The notes beneath the pieces are model-generated. The model ran no database searches, was not told the origin of the DNA, and saw only the letters and a program-made list of their open reading frames with translations. Shown here piece by piece: positions 62,316 through 64,000 of a DNA stretch of 64,000 nucleotides; within the stretch, counting starts at the first letter, position 1, and every line of letters starts with the position of its first letter. The position numbers and the translations under genes were made by a program. Source of the DNA: Octopus bimaculoides (lineage: Eukaryota); contig NC_068984.1 in assembly GCF_001194135.2 (NCBI RefSeq), forward strand, positions 25,234,142-25,298,141, written 5' to 3'.

Positions 62316-63227
62316 TTAATCAACTGAAAAATCTGCATAACCTGAAACACTCCCAAATAAATCTTCAGTGTGTTTGAATTTTGAGAATTAGATGTGAAGA
62401 CAATGCAGCAGACTGTTTTTTGCCAGTTACAGGGATGAAAATAAACCAATACTGGCTGTCAAGCAGTGGTGGTAATGATGGTGGTCATGGTGGGACAAAC
62501 ACAAATATACATACACACACAACAGGCTTCGAAACAGTTTCCATTTAGCAAGTTCCCTCACATGGTGTTGGTCAGCTTGGGGGTATAGAAGAAAACACTT
62601 GGCCATAGGTTGTGCAGTGGAACTGAACTCAAAACCACATGGTTGCAAAGTAATCTTCTAAACCACATCCATGCCTGTAAGCCAGGTCTGTTCAGTGCTG
62701 GTATTTTTCTTTCTAACAACAATTAAGTGGAAGTGATACCAGTGAAAGTAAGCTAAACAAGGTGTTCTGTACAGGATCAGAACACAAATGGCTGCAGCAA
62801 GTCTTGGACATGTGACTATGAAGTCAATAGTCCAGCACTTCAAGCTACTAGTTCCTGTGCCTGTTTGAGTGCAATCTGAACTGTTGAAAGTTGATATTTA
62901 CAGAAAAAACATGAACAGGATGTGGATTTCGCTAATCAGAAAACTGATTCTGATACAGATAGACAGATGGAGAAACGAAGGGGGGGTGGGAAGCTAAGGA
63001 CAGAATCAATACTTATTAAATGTAGTAGGGGAACATTATTTACTAATTTGAGCAAGACTTTATAAACTTGCAAAAACACTGCAGTTGTACCATGAAATAT
63101 TAACTCTACCTCTCCCAATAACACTTCTGCATGTACATGTGTGTAATAAAAATAACAAATAGACTATTTTTGAGGCCAACATGCAAAACGTCTTCTTAAC
63201 AAAGAATTGTGATCCCATTGTCACAGT

Positions 63228-64000
63228 GCTGGCTTTAACAGACATGTTGGATAGCACTACTTTGGCTAATTTGATGTATATGAAGGCTATGGATAAGGTA
63301 CAAAGAATGAACAAGGATGAAAGCTCTTTCAGTTCTGCGATGAAAGTGAGCTAACAAATTGCAACAATAACTTCAGGAAGCCAGCCATCAATCTGATTAC
63401 CTACTAATCCGGCAAATACACAGCCAAATAGACTTCATACTCACCAGGAAGTAAGACAACTAACTGGTTGTGAGTATTAGATTTTTCTCTACAGAAGAGT
63501 GTACCACAGACTAACGACCAATGATCTCAGGATAAGTGCTACACAGGCTCGGAGATAATTTGGAGAACGAAGGTATGGAAGATGAAGGATCTCTTGACCA
63601 GAGTAGGTTCAGAGAAGTACTTGATGACACATTATAAAAAGGAGAAGGAGGAAATATATTTACAACATAGAAGACAAATGAGATTTTTCTTTTTTTTTTT
63701 TTTTACAAGACTCTGCTGCAAACTACAAAAGAGATCTGTGTTTAGCACAGAGATGAAAGACTATCATGGTGGTGGCGGAATGGAATGATACAGTAAATAC
63801 AGTCATAAAAGCTTTGAGACAGACCAGAAAAAGTGGAAGTAAGGAAGAATAGTAGGTGGCTAGATTAGAAGATATACATCACCTATACTAAACAAATGGA
63901 GAAACTTGCTAAGACATATAACTTCTCTTTCTGCATTGTGAAGATCAAAGTAATGCCAGTGCAAGTCAAGAAGTTAGGGAAAACTATGTGCAGAGAGATA
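63228..64000 (+). mobile_element. Decayed RTE-type LINE, apurinic-like endonuclease region
   Basis: Hand translation AGFNRHVG...GTKNEQG*KLFQFCDESELTNCNNNFRKPAINLITY*SG...SQIDFILTRK...EECTTD follows the APE motifs GDFNxHVG and IDYIL; several stops. Confidence 0.8.

Noticed and set aside
63060-63314. Minus ORF ending ...NISWYNCSVFASL as the missing upstream exon (expected WYILLSGSV)
   Set aside because: Only WY and SV match, no phase-2 donor fits, and the ORF overlaps a plus-strand LINE remnant.

Overview
AT-rich eukaryotic genomic DNA with one 268-N assembly gap (19960-20227). The repeat families resemble those I know from octopod cephalopods (Octopus sp.); this is an inference, not a database result. 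The window lies almost entirely inside one large minus-strand gene encoding a PDZ-GEF (RAPGEF2/6-type Rap guanine nucleotide exchange factor). I reconstructed 23 coding exons from 61063 down to 924, all with AG/GT boundaries and matching phases (3443 nt, 1147 full codons, no stop). They cover the end of the N-terminal cNMP-like region, a polyQ/H exon, the cNMP-like, REM, PDZ, RA and CDC25 domains, and the start of the C-terminal tail. Both gene ends lie outside the window. Introns contain tRNA-derived SINEs, RTE and CR1-like LINE remnants, TTAA-flanked piggyBac-type MITEs, a decayed DD37D (maT)-like transposon and microsatellites. The best leads are: (1) a tRNA-headed short retroelement with a Penelope-type minimal hammerhead ribozyme motif, present as a ~500-bp fold-back palindrome with an apparent 14-bp TSD; (2) two frame-preserving microexon candidates; (3) a candidate poison or non-coding exon and a candidate internal promoter. 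All coordinates were counted by hand; repeat boundaries are approximate.
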